Positions 28,446-37,735 of a DNA stretch of 64,000 nt are shown here, in pieces. Below the pieces are notes generated by a model. That model was given only the letters and a program-made list of their open reading frames with translations. It was not told the DNA's origin and ran no database searches. Source of the DNA: Phycisphaerales bacterium (GTDB taxonomy: Bacteria; Planctomycetota; Phycisphaerae; WQYP01); NCBI GenBank assembly GCA_027451365.1, contig DAIDJN010000056.1, positions 98,924 to 162,923 on the forward strand, given 5' to 3'. Position numbers and translations under genes: made by a program. Position 1 is the stretch's first letter; each line of letters starts with the position of its first letter.

Positions 28446-29456
28446 TTATCGCGGCGCATATTCATTGCGAAGACAGCGAACCTTACCCTGTTTATTTATC
28501 ACCAGATGCGCTATCTGGATATAAGACCGGCGGCCGAATTGGGTGAAATAAAACAGCACGCATTGTCCCTTTTGCGTGATGACCGCCGGATGGTGTCCTG
28601 GTGCGTTATCCAGCGTTCGCCTTCCGGTGGCGCCAGCCAGCACGGTGGCGTTGTATACCCAGTGTCCGGTGCCGGATTTTGATCGGTAAACTCGCAGGCC
28701 ACGACCCGCGTCGGTAATCAGCCAGTAGGCATGATGCCATCGCCATACAAAGGGCGCTTCCTGACTGGGCCACGCCACAACCTGCCGGTCATCATGCCAG
28801 TGATTCAGATGATCTGATTCCGCCATCCAGATGTGTGATCCATGATGTTCGTCCTTGTACCACATGTACCATTTTCCATGAATTTTCCACAATGTGGGGT
28901 CAATACAACGGGCCGAAGACAGCGGCACTGTGGAAATAAATTTCCAGTCGATGCCGTTTTTGCTGGCAAAATGTTCAATCGTGGCACGGCCCGTCCAGCT
29001 GGTAAAAATGCCGTGCACTTTCACCACAAACATTTGCAGTACTCCCTTTTGCCAGGCAAAACAGGGGGCCCACCACGTCACGTGCGCTTTCATCGGATCG
29101 CCGAGTCCATGCGGACCCTGACATATGCCCCGATACTTCCAGTGAATACCGTCCGGCGATGTCGCAATTCCAATGGCCGTGCCGTGGCACCACAATACGC
29201 CTGGCGGATGGCGCATGGCCGCCCGCCGCTGTGTGTAATACATCCACCATTGCCCTTTGTGATTTGTCCCTTTGTTTGGCATCCATACCACAAATGGGTC
29301 CGCCGCCCCATGCCAGACCGGATCGTCAAACAGCGGTGCCGGCGCTTTGGAAACCTGTATCCAGGCGGGAGGCGCCGCCGGTGCTTCCGCCGGGATCAGA
29401 CCTGTCAGCAGAACCATTAACAGTGCGGCGGCCGCATAACTCACGGTGGTCTGCAT
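28446..29456 (-). CDS. secreted five-bladed beta-propeller glycoside hydrolase (GH43/GH32-like)
   Basis: AAGGAG RBS; signal peptide; DPFVVW near the N-terminus (candidate catalytic Asp) and W-rich blade repeats typical of the GH43 fold. The family assignment is tentative. Confidence 0.5.
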   Translation of the reverse strand: MQTTVSYAAAALLMVLLTGLIPAEAPAAPPAWIQVSKAPAPLFDDPVWHGAADPFVVWMPNKGTNHKGQWWMYYTQRRAAMRHPPGVLWCHGTAIGIATSPDGIHWKYRGICQGPHGLGDPMKAHVTWWAPCFAWQKGVLQMFVVKVHGIFTSWTGRATIEHFASKNGIDWKFISTVPLSSARCIDPTLWKIHGKWYMWYKDEHHGSHIWMAESDHLNHWHDDRQVVAWPSQEAPFVWRWHHAYWLITDAGRGLRVYRSKSGTGHWVYNATVLAGATGRRTLDNAPGHHPAVITQKGQCVLFYFTQFGRRSYIQIAHLVINKQGKVRCLRNEYAPR

Positions 29457-29487
29457 GATGAATCTCCTTATAAAGCTGTCATGTCAT

Positions 29488-30330
29488 TTACCGCGCCGCC
29501 CGCACCGGTTCGCCATCCACGGCCACGATAGTGCCCGACTGTATCGGTATCAGGCCGCCAGCAGTTTGCAGCAGCAATGCGCCCGCGGCGGAAAGGCCGG
29601 CCCCGCGACCGGTTATGGTTTGCCCAGCCGCGGATAATGTTACCAGACGGTCTCGCAAATAATCATCGCGCAATATCTGCTGAATGGCATTGTCCACTGT
29701 CGCGGACCGCGGTTCGGTGGCCAAGTCCCGCCATATCGTCTGAATTTGGTCCAGCAATATCCGGGCCACTTCAGCAGTGTCATATATTTGCCGTGTGCAG
29801 GCGGCAAGACTGGTGGCAAAAGTGGCAATCTGCGATGGAAAATCCGCTGTTTTCGTATTTAAGTTCAGACCAATTCCGATAACCACCGCCTGTCGCCCGC
29901 CCGCGGATATGCCTTCACTTAATATCCCCGCCAGCTTTTTTCCGCCCAGTAAAATGTCGTTCGGCCAGCGAATTGTTACATCGCCGTGCGCCGCTCGGGC
30001 GTCCGGTAATCGCCGTATCGTGCGAATCACCGCAACGCCCGCAAGCAGGGGGGTTGCAGGCGTTTCCATTTCCGGTGCGCCGGCTATTACTGCGCTTAAA
30101 TACAGGCCGCCTTCCGGACTTTCCCATGCCCGCGCGTGCTGCCCGCGGCCATGCGTTTGCCGATGTGCGATATGCGCGGAAAAATGACCGCAAGCTGGTA
30201 TGTCGGGGCCTGCAGACACAATATCCCGTGCTTCGCACAGGGCTAAATTTTGTGTGGAATCCACAGTATCGTATTGGTGAATCCGCCACGGAATATCCGG
30301 GATATGCACAGGTGTTTCCATCCATTTCAC
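29488..30330 (-). CDS. birA: biotin--[acetyl-CoA-carboxylase] ligase
   Basis: BPL signature GRGQHARAWESPEGGLYLSAV and a C-terminal BirA domain. The start is either GTG at 30330 or ATG at 30321. Confidence 0.85.
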   Translation of the reverse strand: MKWMETPVHIPDIPWRIHQYDTVDSTQNLALCEARDIVSAGPDIPACGHFSAHIAHRQTHGRGQHARAWESPEGGLYLSAVIAGAPEMETPATPLLAGVAVIRTIRRLPDARAAHGDVTIRWPNDILLGGKKLAGILSEGISAGGRQAVVIGIGLNLNTKTADFPSQIATFATSLAACTRQIYDTAEVARILLDQIQTIWRDLATEPRSATVDNAIQQILRDDYLRDRLVTLSAAGQTITGRGAGLSAAGALLLQTAGGLIPIQSGTIVAVDGEPVRAAR

Positions 30331-31208
30331 CGCTTGCGCTGGGCCGGTTGCCGGCCAACTGCCAGTAATTTTCGCAGAACGTCGACATCATGCTGGGCGG
30401 TTTGTCGGCGGTGATTGGTAAGCCGGGAGTCCAGCAGAATAAGTCCCTGGAAGTCAGAATCGTGTAATGCCCGCAAAACTGCCGCCGGTTCCATTTGTCC
30501 TTCACCCAGCGGGCAGGCCGCGACAGTGCGACCGATACGCTGCGCATCCGAGCAGACCCAGATAGCGATCTTGCCCGCAATGGCTCCAACGGCCTGGGAT
30601 ACGTCGTGGCCTGAAGCGATCAGCCGAAGCGAATCAATTCCGCCGCGCACACCGGGCGTGTTGGCGTGCGCCACCAGCCGGTTAATGGCCGCGGGGTTGC
30701 CGCCGCACAGGGCCAGAATCGTCCCTGTGCGATCCGCCAGTTCCGTCAGCACGGCCAGGGCTTGCAGGGTATCCGGATGCCAGCCTTCGGCCGGCACCGC
30801 TAAGGGGTCGGCAGCTTGCGAAGCGGGCCGGGGCGGCGGCTCGCCGATGTAAATGCTCACCAGCCGACAGCGAAAATCGTGAGCCAGCGCAATGGCGGAT
30901 TCGCCCCGCTGTACCAGCCGATCCAGTGATTGAACTGAAAAAAGACCATCCGCTCCAGCGCCGGTTCGCAGGCAGTCCAACGACAATTGCCTTGATTTCA
31001 GCGTATGCAGAAAATGCCGCCGCGCGGTGTGACCCATGTCCGGGCCCGAAAGTATCGGGTGGTCCGCTCGGATCGAAATGCCGGTTACTGCCAACGATGC
31101 GGCAAAATCAATTCCGGTGCGGATATCCGCATCCACAGCATCAATGGCTAAGCTTGCTGGCACCGGCTGCGTATCAGAAGATTGCGTCTGTTGAGTCAGG
31201 GTCGCCAT
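30327..31208 (-). CDS. putative sugar phosphate isomerase/epimerase (xylose-isomerase-like TIM barrel)
   Basis: Weak pattern resemblance only; 3' end overlaps birA by 4 nt. Confidence 0.35.
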   Translation of the reverse strand: MATLTQQTQSSDTQPVPASLAIDAVDADIRTGIDFAASLAVTGISIRADHPILSGPDMGHTARRHFLHTLKSRQLSLDCLRTGAGADGLFSVQSLDRLVQRGESAIALAHDFRCRLVSIYIGEPPPRPASQAADPLAVPAEGWHPDTLQALAVLTELADRTGTILALCGGNPAAINRLVAHANTPGVRGGIDSLRLIASGHDVSQAVGAIAGKIAIWVCSDAQRIGRTVAACPLGEGQMEPAAVLRALHDSDFQGLILLDSRLTNHRRQTAQHDVDVLRKLLAVGRQPAQRKR

Positions 31209-31437
31209 GAACTATTCTCCAGGCCGCTGCACCTGCCTATTGGCACGGTGTATTGCACGGCCTGTTGACTATTATGCGCGCTAACCAGTGCTTTGCCAGT
31301 ATATCCGCCCAGTTGAGCGTTCGCCGGCGCTGCGGTAGGCTCTAGCGCCAAAAGGCCGACGGTTCGGCCTCCGCGGAAAATAAAAATGCGTCATTCGGGG
31401 CGGCCCGTCCCGCCGACGCCGGGAACCGGTTTGAGCT

Positions 31438-32034
31438 ATGAAAAAGAATCGGCTGGAAGCGTTCTCTGATGGTGTCATCGCCATCATCATTACGATAATG
31501 GTCTTGGATTTGCGCATTCCGCACGGAACCGACGCCGCCGCTCTGGCACCCGTGGCACCCGTTTTGTTTAATTATGCCCTTAGCTTCGTCTTTGTTGGCA
31601 TTTATTGGAACAACCATCATCACCTTTTTCATGCCGTGCATGAAGTAAGCGGGGCAATCATGTGGGCCAATCTGCATCTGCTGTTCTGGCTTTCACTTAT
31701 TCCGTTTGTCACCGGCTGGATGGGGGAGAATAATTTTGCGACTTTGCCAACCGCGGTCTATGGGGTCGTGATGATGCTTTCCGCGATAGCCTACACAATT
31801 CTGCAACTGGCAATTATACGCTCACAAGGCACCCAATCGCTGCTGGCCGGTGCCATCGGACGTGATCGTAAAGGCAAATTTTCCATGGTGGCGTACGTAG
31901 CGGCAATCGGCCTGGCGTTTGTCAGTTCCTGGGTTTCAATTGCGATTTACGTTCTGGTCGCCCTTATCTGGTTAATTCCCGATACACGCATTGAATCCGC
32001 ACTGCAAAAAAGTCCGCAAAGGGAATCAGAATAA
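31438..32034 (+). CDS. TMEM175/DUF1211 family potassium channel-like membrane protein
   Basis: Hallmark N-terminal RLEAFSDGVIAIIITIMVLDL motif and the duplicated 6-TM pattern of the family. Confidence 0.85.
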   Translation: MKKNRLEAFSDGVIAIIITIMVLDLRIPHGTDAAALAPVAPVLFNYALSFVFVGIYWNNHHHLFHAVHEVSGAIMWANLHLLFWLSLIPFVTGWMGENNFATLPTAVYGVVMMLSAIAYTILQLAIIRSQGTQSLLAGAIGRDRKGKFSMVAYVAAIGLAFVSSWVSIAIYVLVALIWLIPDTRIESALQKSPQRESE

Positions 32035-32195
32035 TCCCGACGCGTCGGTTGGGCGGGACTGCCGCCGGCTTATAAACTTGATAAACTCTCCGATGTGTGC
32101 ATGATGTTTTCCATGAATCATCGCATTGCGGAAAGCCCGTTGGATGGTTGGGCGGGACTGCCGCCGACGGACGATGCCGCACAAGGAGATTTTGC

Positions 32196-33116
32196 ATGTT
32201 ATCCAGTTTTTCGCCGCCTGTATTGTCATTGGCGGTTCTGCCCCAGCCGGCTTTGCATTTAACGCTGCTTCAGGCCATCCTTCTGGGCCTTTTGCAGGGT
32301 TTTTCCGAACTCTTCCCGATCAGTTCCCTGGGGCATATCATTCTGATCAAGGCATTGCTGCACTGGCATTTTAATTCCCAGAATAAAAATTTCCTCTCGT
32401 TTGTGGTGGCGCTGCATCTGGCGACGGCCGCCGCTCTGCTGCTTTATTTCTGGAAGGAATGGAAAAAAGTAATTCTGGCATATCTGGGCAGTGCCAAACG
32501 CATGACGTTTGTTTACGACCAGGACAGCAAATTCGCGTGGTTGCTGGTTGCAGGCACGCTTGTGGTAGGACTGGTGGGGCTGGTGTTTCAGAAAAAGTTT
32601 CGGCTGTTTTTTGACAACCCCCATTACCTCTGGCTGGTTGCCGTGTTTCTGATTTTAAATGGCGGTGTCATGCTGGCGGGCGATATTCTCAAGCGGAAGG
32701 CGGAACGTCAGGCCAGGGAAACGCAGCAGAAAAAGGCCGAAGAGCTTTCCTTCAAGGCCGCCACACTGGTGGGGGCAAGTCAGACCTTGGCGCTGTTTCC
32801 AGGCATTTCCCGTTCCGGCGTGGCAATTGTGGGCGGCATTCTGGCTGGCCTAAGCTATGAAGAAGCCTGTCGTTTTGCTTTTATGCTGGCCACCCCGGTT
32901 ATTGCCGCTGCCGGATTGCTGAAACTTCCGGCGCTGTTCAAACCCGAAGCAAGGGATATTCTGCACCTGACTATTCCCGCAGCCATTGCCGCCGGTATTA
33001 CGGCGTATGTCAGTACGCGGTTCCTGATGAAATATTTTGAGACCCGGCGTTTGCTTCCATTCGCCATCTATTGCGTGGCGGCCGGGACTGTATCGCTGGT
33101 GATCCTGTATCATTGA
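32196..33116 (+). CDS. uppP: undecaprenyl-diphosphatase
   Basis: ATG at 32196 with an AAGGAG RBS (the track ORF starts upstream at 32097); LQAILLGLLQGFSELFPISSLGHIIL signature; PGISRSG motif. Confidence 0.9.
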   Translation: MLSSFSPPVLSLAVLPQPALHLTLLQAILLGLLQGFSELFPISSLGHIILIKALLHWHFNSQNKNFLSFVVALHLATAAALLLYFWKEWKKVILAYLGSAKRMTFVYDQDSKFAWLLVAGTLVVGLVGLVFQKKFRLFFDNPHYLWLVAVFLILNGGVMLAGDILKRKAERQARETQQKKAEELSFKAATLVGASQTLALFPGISRSGVAIVGGILAGLSYEEACRFAFMLATPVIAAAGLLKLPALFKPEARDILHLTIPAAIAAGITAYVSTRFLMKYFETRRLLPFAIYCVAAGTVSLVILYH

Positions 33117-33499
33117 TCGCCGGATGGGCAATCCTGCGGATTGTCCAGAACGCATTTCGACGCGTTCGGATATTTGGCTCAATCTGCGCCTGGTCAGAAT
33201 TGTTTCAGCGTTCTGATGATGACCAAATGCGCGTGTTTGCCGCCTTTTGGTGAATAGAAGACGCAACGTGATAATCTGTTGCAGGGCTGAGCGGGTAACG
33301 GGTTAATAAAGCAACGCAGGCAGTGCATTTTACAGCAAAGCCGTTGGTGGCCGCCAATCCGGACAATCTGACGGGGGCTCTGGCCGCGCGGATACCGGCA
33401 AACCGAATGGATTTGCCGGCAGCCCTTGGGGGGCTGGAATAACCAGAAGACTGCGGCGTTATTTCAATTGCCCTGAATTGGAAAAAGGCTTGAATACAG

Positions 33500-33904
33500 G
33501 GTCAGCGCAAGCGCGACGGCCACCACCCGCGGGCGGCCAGGGTGGTGGTTGTGTGGGTCTGGTTTTGCCTGAACCAGCTTGTTGCGATGCAGCCTTTTTA
33601 CAGCCAATTTCACACACGCGGTTTGGCCATGATCGGCGTTCCCATGTGGCAGAATTTTGAACAGATCGGGCAGGCCATGATGACCCGCCCGCATATAACC
33701 TGGCTTCAGACGCACATTATTCACAAGGTACCAGGTAATCGACTGTTGTTCGGTGCGATTCCATTTGTGAATGTCGGTAATCGTTGGCAGGACTATGAAA
33801 TAATTTGCGACAGGAAGCGCGTGGTGAGGGATGTGGTTATTCATGGCAGCGCCGGCATGCCGAAGGTGGAAATAACAAACCTGCTGGCGAATAAACGGCA
33901 TTGA
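33500..33904 (+). pseudogene. truncated copy (C-terminal about 120 codons only) of the TlpA-like gene 21221..22441; direct repeat copy 2
   Basis: 33542..33904 translates to a near-identical MVVVWVWFCLNQLVAMQPFY...IPFVNVGNRWQDYEIICDR... but lacks the N-terminal 280 codons, the TM segment and any plausible RBS. Confidence 0.7.
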
Positions 33905-34061
33905 GGCTGCGGTCTGAATTTCGTGGAACCTGGCCATGGTCCGGAATGGCACAGCCAGTCAGGATTCGCGTCATTCTATGATCTGCAGGCGGCTATTGGT
34001 CTAAGGTGTTGTGAAACAATTTGCTCGGATTTGTGTGGCGCAGACCTGCAAGTCTGGATAT

Positions 34062-34511
34062 CTACACTGCAATCTTTAACCAAATAGACGCGCCATAAAT
34101 AGCCGTGTAAAGCAGAATTGCAACTATAATCGTTCCAATGATCGTCATTAGAATGAACCAAATGGTTAGAATCGCGGCAACGCGATGCGTATCCGCGCGG
34201 ATTGCGGAAAGATTTTGCTGGATGGCGGCCAGGCGAATATTCTGCGAATCCGGCTGGCCGGTGGGCGTGTCCATGTTCACGATGCATTCGGAACAGAGGA
34301 TGGTTCCATTTTTCACGCGCACCGAAGACAGGGGCTTGATGGTTTGCTCGCACTGGGTGCAAATTGGCGACTGTTCTTTTTCAACGGCTTCCTGTTTCTT
34401 AAGGACCGCGACGCAGGAGTCGCAAAATGGCTGGCCATGCCAGTCTCCAGCTGCTTCAATTATTGGTGATTGACACGCGATGCATAGTTCTTCAACTGGT
34501 ACGTCGGGCAA
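34062..34511 (-). CDS. tail-anchored double zinc-ribbon protein
   Basis: TTG start with a GGGAG RBS; four CxxC pairs (CIAC...CDSC, CTQC...CSEC); C-terminal TM IWFILMTIIGTIIVAILLY. Confidence 0.45.
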   Translation of the reverse strand: MPDVPVEELCIACQSPIIEAAGDWHGQPFCDSCVAVLKKQEAVEKEQSPICTQCEQTIKPLSSVRVKNGTILCSECIVNMDTPTGQPDSQNIRLAAIQQNLSAIRADTHRVAAILTIWFILMTIIGTIIVAILLYTAIYGASIWLKIAV

Positions 34512-34895
34512 TTGCGAACTCCCAATTCAGTCGTTCAATCAATACCCGGAGCTACGGACCCCGGGGCAGGCAGGCGGGGATGGCCGCACAAATCCGTTGC
34601 GCTCCGGCCGGCTATCAGGCCCCGCATGATGGTCGCGTGGATGATAACGCAGCGGCTGAAATGCCACACTGTTCTTGCCACAAAAAAATGAGATTGCAAT
34701 GGCTTTCAATTCGCGCGTGACGCCGCAGCGCAGCTAACACCAGCGCGGCACCAGCCCGATATAATGCGCATCGCTATTCTATATATGGTGCTGACCGCCA
34801 CTCCATCGTCGCCGCAGCCAGAACCATCGGGCCAAAAACACAACATTTTAGTGCGGTTTTGTTAACGTGGCGAAAACCGGTCGGGTGAGGTTACA

Positions 34896-35669
34896 ATGCC
34901 ACACATGAATGGTTTTGGCAAAAATATCACCGGTTCAGTATCGTTGCTTGCGACACTTTTTCTGACGCTTGTTTCAACCGGGTGTCATACCAGCATTACG
35001 CCTCTTCAGCCCGCCCTTATCGGGCCACCTTGGGCTTTGCCGATGCCCAATCGCTCCCTGGCCGGCGAAAAGCAGCCATCGGCTAGTGCCTCGACTCTCC
35101 CCGCTGCGGCTGGCACGACCCGGAAAACAGCACAAGACATTGGGCCACGATCAGTCACTGACACCCGCTGGTTCGCCAATTTCCGCAATGGCAGCACCCG
35201 AACCGTTCGTATCGCCCGTTATCAGCATATCTGGCGACAAAGCGTGCACCTGATTCGCAATCTCGGTTACAACATAAACTGGCAGGACCACCGCCTGGGA
35301 ATTATCTCCACCGATCCGCGCCTGGCTCCGGAAGTCTTGCAGTGGTGGCGACCGGACACAACCAACGGTTCGTCGCTGATGGAAAGCACGTTGAACACCT
35401 ATCGGCGAATCATTCGTCTGGTCATTACGCAGGCAAAAACGCCTGAAAGCTACCATATTACGGTGGAGGTTCTTGTCCAGCGGCGGGAAAATCCGCAAGG
35501 GGATGTCGGCAATGTAGCCTTTGTCGGGCCATCCGCATTTGGATCTAATATTTTGCCGCTTAAGGCCAGTCATGCGGGCGTGCATACAGGCGGCCAATTC
35601 TGGATGACGATCGGCCGCGATACCCTCTTGGAAAAGAAAATTCTTAAGTTGCTTTTCAAGAAAATATAA
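34896..35669 (+). CDS. hypothetical lipoprotein
   Basis: GGTGAGG RBS; lipobox LVSTGC; no recognisable domain. Confidence 0.5.
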   Translation: MPHMNGFGKNITGSVSLLATLFLTLVSTGCHTSITPLQPALIGPPWALPMPNRSLAGEKQPSASASTLPAAAGTTRKTAQDIGPRSVTDTRWFANFRNGSTRTVRIARYQHIWRQSVHLIRNLGYNINWQDHRLGIISTDPRLAPEVLQWWRPDTTNGSSLMESTLNTYRRIIRLVITQAKTPESYHITVEVLVQRRENPQGDVGNVAFVGPSAFGSNILPLKASHAGVHTGGQFWMTIGRDTLLEKKILKLLFKKI

Positions 35670-35782
35670 TCCGCGGCGCGAAGATTCTATTCAACTAATA
35701 ATCCGGACTTTTCTTGACGACTGCGGACCGCTTGCCTTTTGTTTCATTGGCCGCCGAATGCAACGATTTTGTCCGGGTCATT

Positions 35783-36547
35783 TCAGTTGTGCACGTTTTC
35801 CGGAGGCCCGATCCGCACGTCCTGAACTCCGGTTGAATAATAGGCTGCGCAATGCGCGGGCAGACAAACACCGGGCAGCAGGTGTTCACATGTCATATCG
35901 GCTTGAACCGCCACCAGCGACCAAGGTGCATGGGTGATACGAAATCGCCGCAGCCGCCCTTTGTGCAAGGTAAATGCGGTGTAACGTTCCATCAGAAAAT
36001 CTTCTTCGCTCCCGGTTCGACTGGTACGGAAACTGTCTGTGGGTGTCCACCGGGCGCGGCAGTCCCACCGTGCGGCCCGGGTGTGCATGTGTCGCGAAGT
36101 CACGCCCTGCGCGGCATGGGTTCGATAATTCAGTGCCCCGAAGCAATAGGGTAAACCATAAAGCATCGGCCCCAGCAGAACCGCGATTCGGTTGGGAATC
36201 CATTCCCTCAGGAAATAAATGCCCCGGTCATTTCCGCAGCGGACGTAGGTTCGCACATTCAGGAAACCGTGGCGGGCCAGCGGAGCGCTGAAGAATTCAG
36301 TAAGGCGGCCACCGAATACCGGACGCAAACGGGCTTGGGTAAACGCCGCCAGTGTCACATAGGCGCAGCCGCCATACAGGTCCAATTCCAGCGGCACCGT
36401 CGGACGCAGCGCCTGGTGGGCCACGCGAAAATGGATAAACAACATGTTCAGCCAGTCCGCCAGAAAAGCCGGACGCAGTTGCGTATCAGGCCCGTCGTAT
36501 TGTGCTTCAGGTTTAGCCTTGTGTGGATGGTAAATGGTTGCGGTCAT
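35783..36547 (-). CDS. DUF2071 (YqjF-like) family protein
   Basis: FLNVRTYV and LYGLPY motifs recalled for DUF2071; co-oriented with the DCC and GbsR genes. Confidence 0.5.
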   Translation of the reverse strand: MTATIYHPHKAKPEAQYDGPDTQLRPAFLADWLNMLFIHFRVAHQALRPTVPLELDLYGGCAYVTLAAFTQARLRPVFGGRLTEFFSAPLARHGFLNVRTYVRCGNDRGIYFLREWIPNRIAVLLGPMLYGLPYCFGALNYRTHAAQGVTSRHMHTRAARWDCRARWTPTDSFRTSRTGSEEDFLMERYTAFTLHKGRLRRFRITHAPWSLVAVQADMTCEHLLPGVCLPAHCAAYYSTGVQDVRIGPPENVHN

Positions 36548-36581
36548 GGCACTGTCTCCTGTTATTCAGGCATTCAGATAT

Positions 36582-36968
36582 TTATTTCCTGTGCGATGCC
36601 GTCCGATCGCACGCTTTTTCCAGCCCGAGGATCGTGCTGATGCGATATCGATTTGCGGCCAGTATGTGATACGCGGCATTGGCCATGGAATAGATCGGCT
36701 TTCTGCGCATCAGCCACGCCAGGGGGCGAAGCCATCCAAAGCTGTCGGCCATGAACAGGTATACATCCAGGCCGATCAGCAGCCGCCCCGTTTCGGTGCA
36801 AAGAATAATTTGGGGTTCACTGGGTATGGTCCATCCGCTGGTGGAGCGAGCAAATTCCTTGCTGTCCCGGCCCGCGACGGTAAATCCCCGCACGAAAAGC
36901 CCAGGCGTTATTGCCGCGGCCCATCGGCTGCACAGTCCGCACTGGTCGTCATAAAATATCCTATGCAT
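36582..36968 (-). CDS. thiol-disulfide oxidoreductase DCC family protein (DUF393)
   Basis: N-terminal FYDDQCGLCSRW motif characteristic of DCC proteins. Confidence 0.8.
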   Translation of the reverse strand: MHRIFYDDQCGLCSRWAAAITPGLFVRGFTVAGRDSKEFARSTSGWTIPSEPQIILCTETGRLLIGLDVYLFMADSFGWLRPLAWLMRRKPIYSMANAAYHILAANRYRISTILGLEKACDRTASHRK

Positions 36969-37031
36969 ATCCGGTATCCTAAGAAATCTGTAAATTCTGT
37001 AAACACAGAAATACGTTTCAAAAAAAAAGGC

Positions 37032-37565
37032 TTATGCCGCCCCGCCAACCCACCGCCGCAGCTTGCCCCCAAGACCCACAAATTTAATGACCGATTTGGT
37101 GGGCAATCGCCGGATGTTTTCATACCAGGTGCTCATGGTTTCAAAAAACTCCAGCATGCGGCCAATGCGCTCGCTGGTAACGCCCTCAGAAGAGTTGCCG
37201 CGCTGCAGTTCGGCCATGCAATCGCGCAACAACGCGACGGTCGGGTCAATTTCACGTTTCTTGCGTTCATCCAGCACCGTGCGGAACATTTCCCAGACAT
37301 CCTGAATCGACTCGAAATAATCCCGTCGATCCGCCAATTGGGGAACCACGCGCACCACTCCCCAGCCCTGAAGCTCTTTCAGGCTGGAACTCACATTGGA
37401 CCGGGCAATGGACAGCGTTTCGGCGATCTGTTCGGCATTCAGCGCATTGGGACTGATATACAGAAGCGCGTGGATTTGCGCCACGGTGCGGTTTATGCCC
37501 CATCGCGATCCCATTTGCCCCCAATGCAGAACGAACTTCCGCGCAACTGGAGAAATATTGTGCAT
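37032..37565 (-). CDS. GbsR/MarR-type winged-helix transcriptional regulator
   Basis: RTVAQIHALLYISPNALNAEQIAETLSIARSNVSSSLKELQGWGVV HTH region typical of the GbsR/MarR family. Confidence 0.7.
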   Translation of the reverse strand: MHNISPVARKFVLHWGQMGSRWGINRTVAQIHALLYISPNALNAEQIAETLSIARSNVSSSLKELQGWGVVRVVPQLADRRDYFESIQDVWEMFRTVLDERKKREIDPTVALLRDCMAELQRGNSSEGVTSERIGRMLEFFETMSTWYENIRRLPTKSVIKFVGLGGKLRRWVGGAA

Positions 37566-37735
37566 GGCATGTACCTCATTTCTTACATTTCTGTTAATTC
37601 AGAATATAGTGTATTATGATCGGAAATGCAAGCTGCCCGCAAGAACTATTGCAGTTCCATCCCGCGCGGCGCGGTCTGACTGATCATCCGCAAACACTTT
37701 GCGACTGACCAGAGGTCGGCTGCGGCCGCAGGCCG

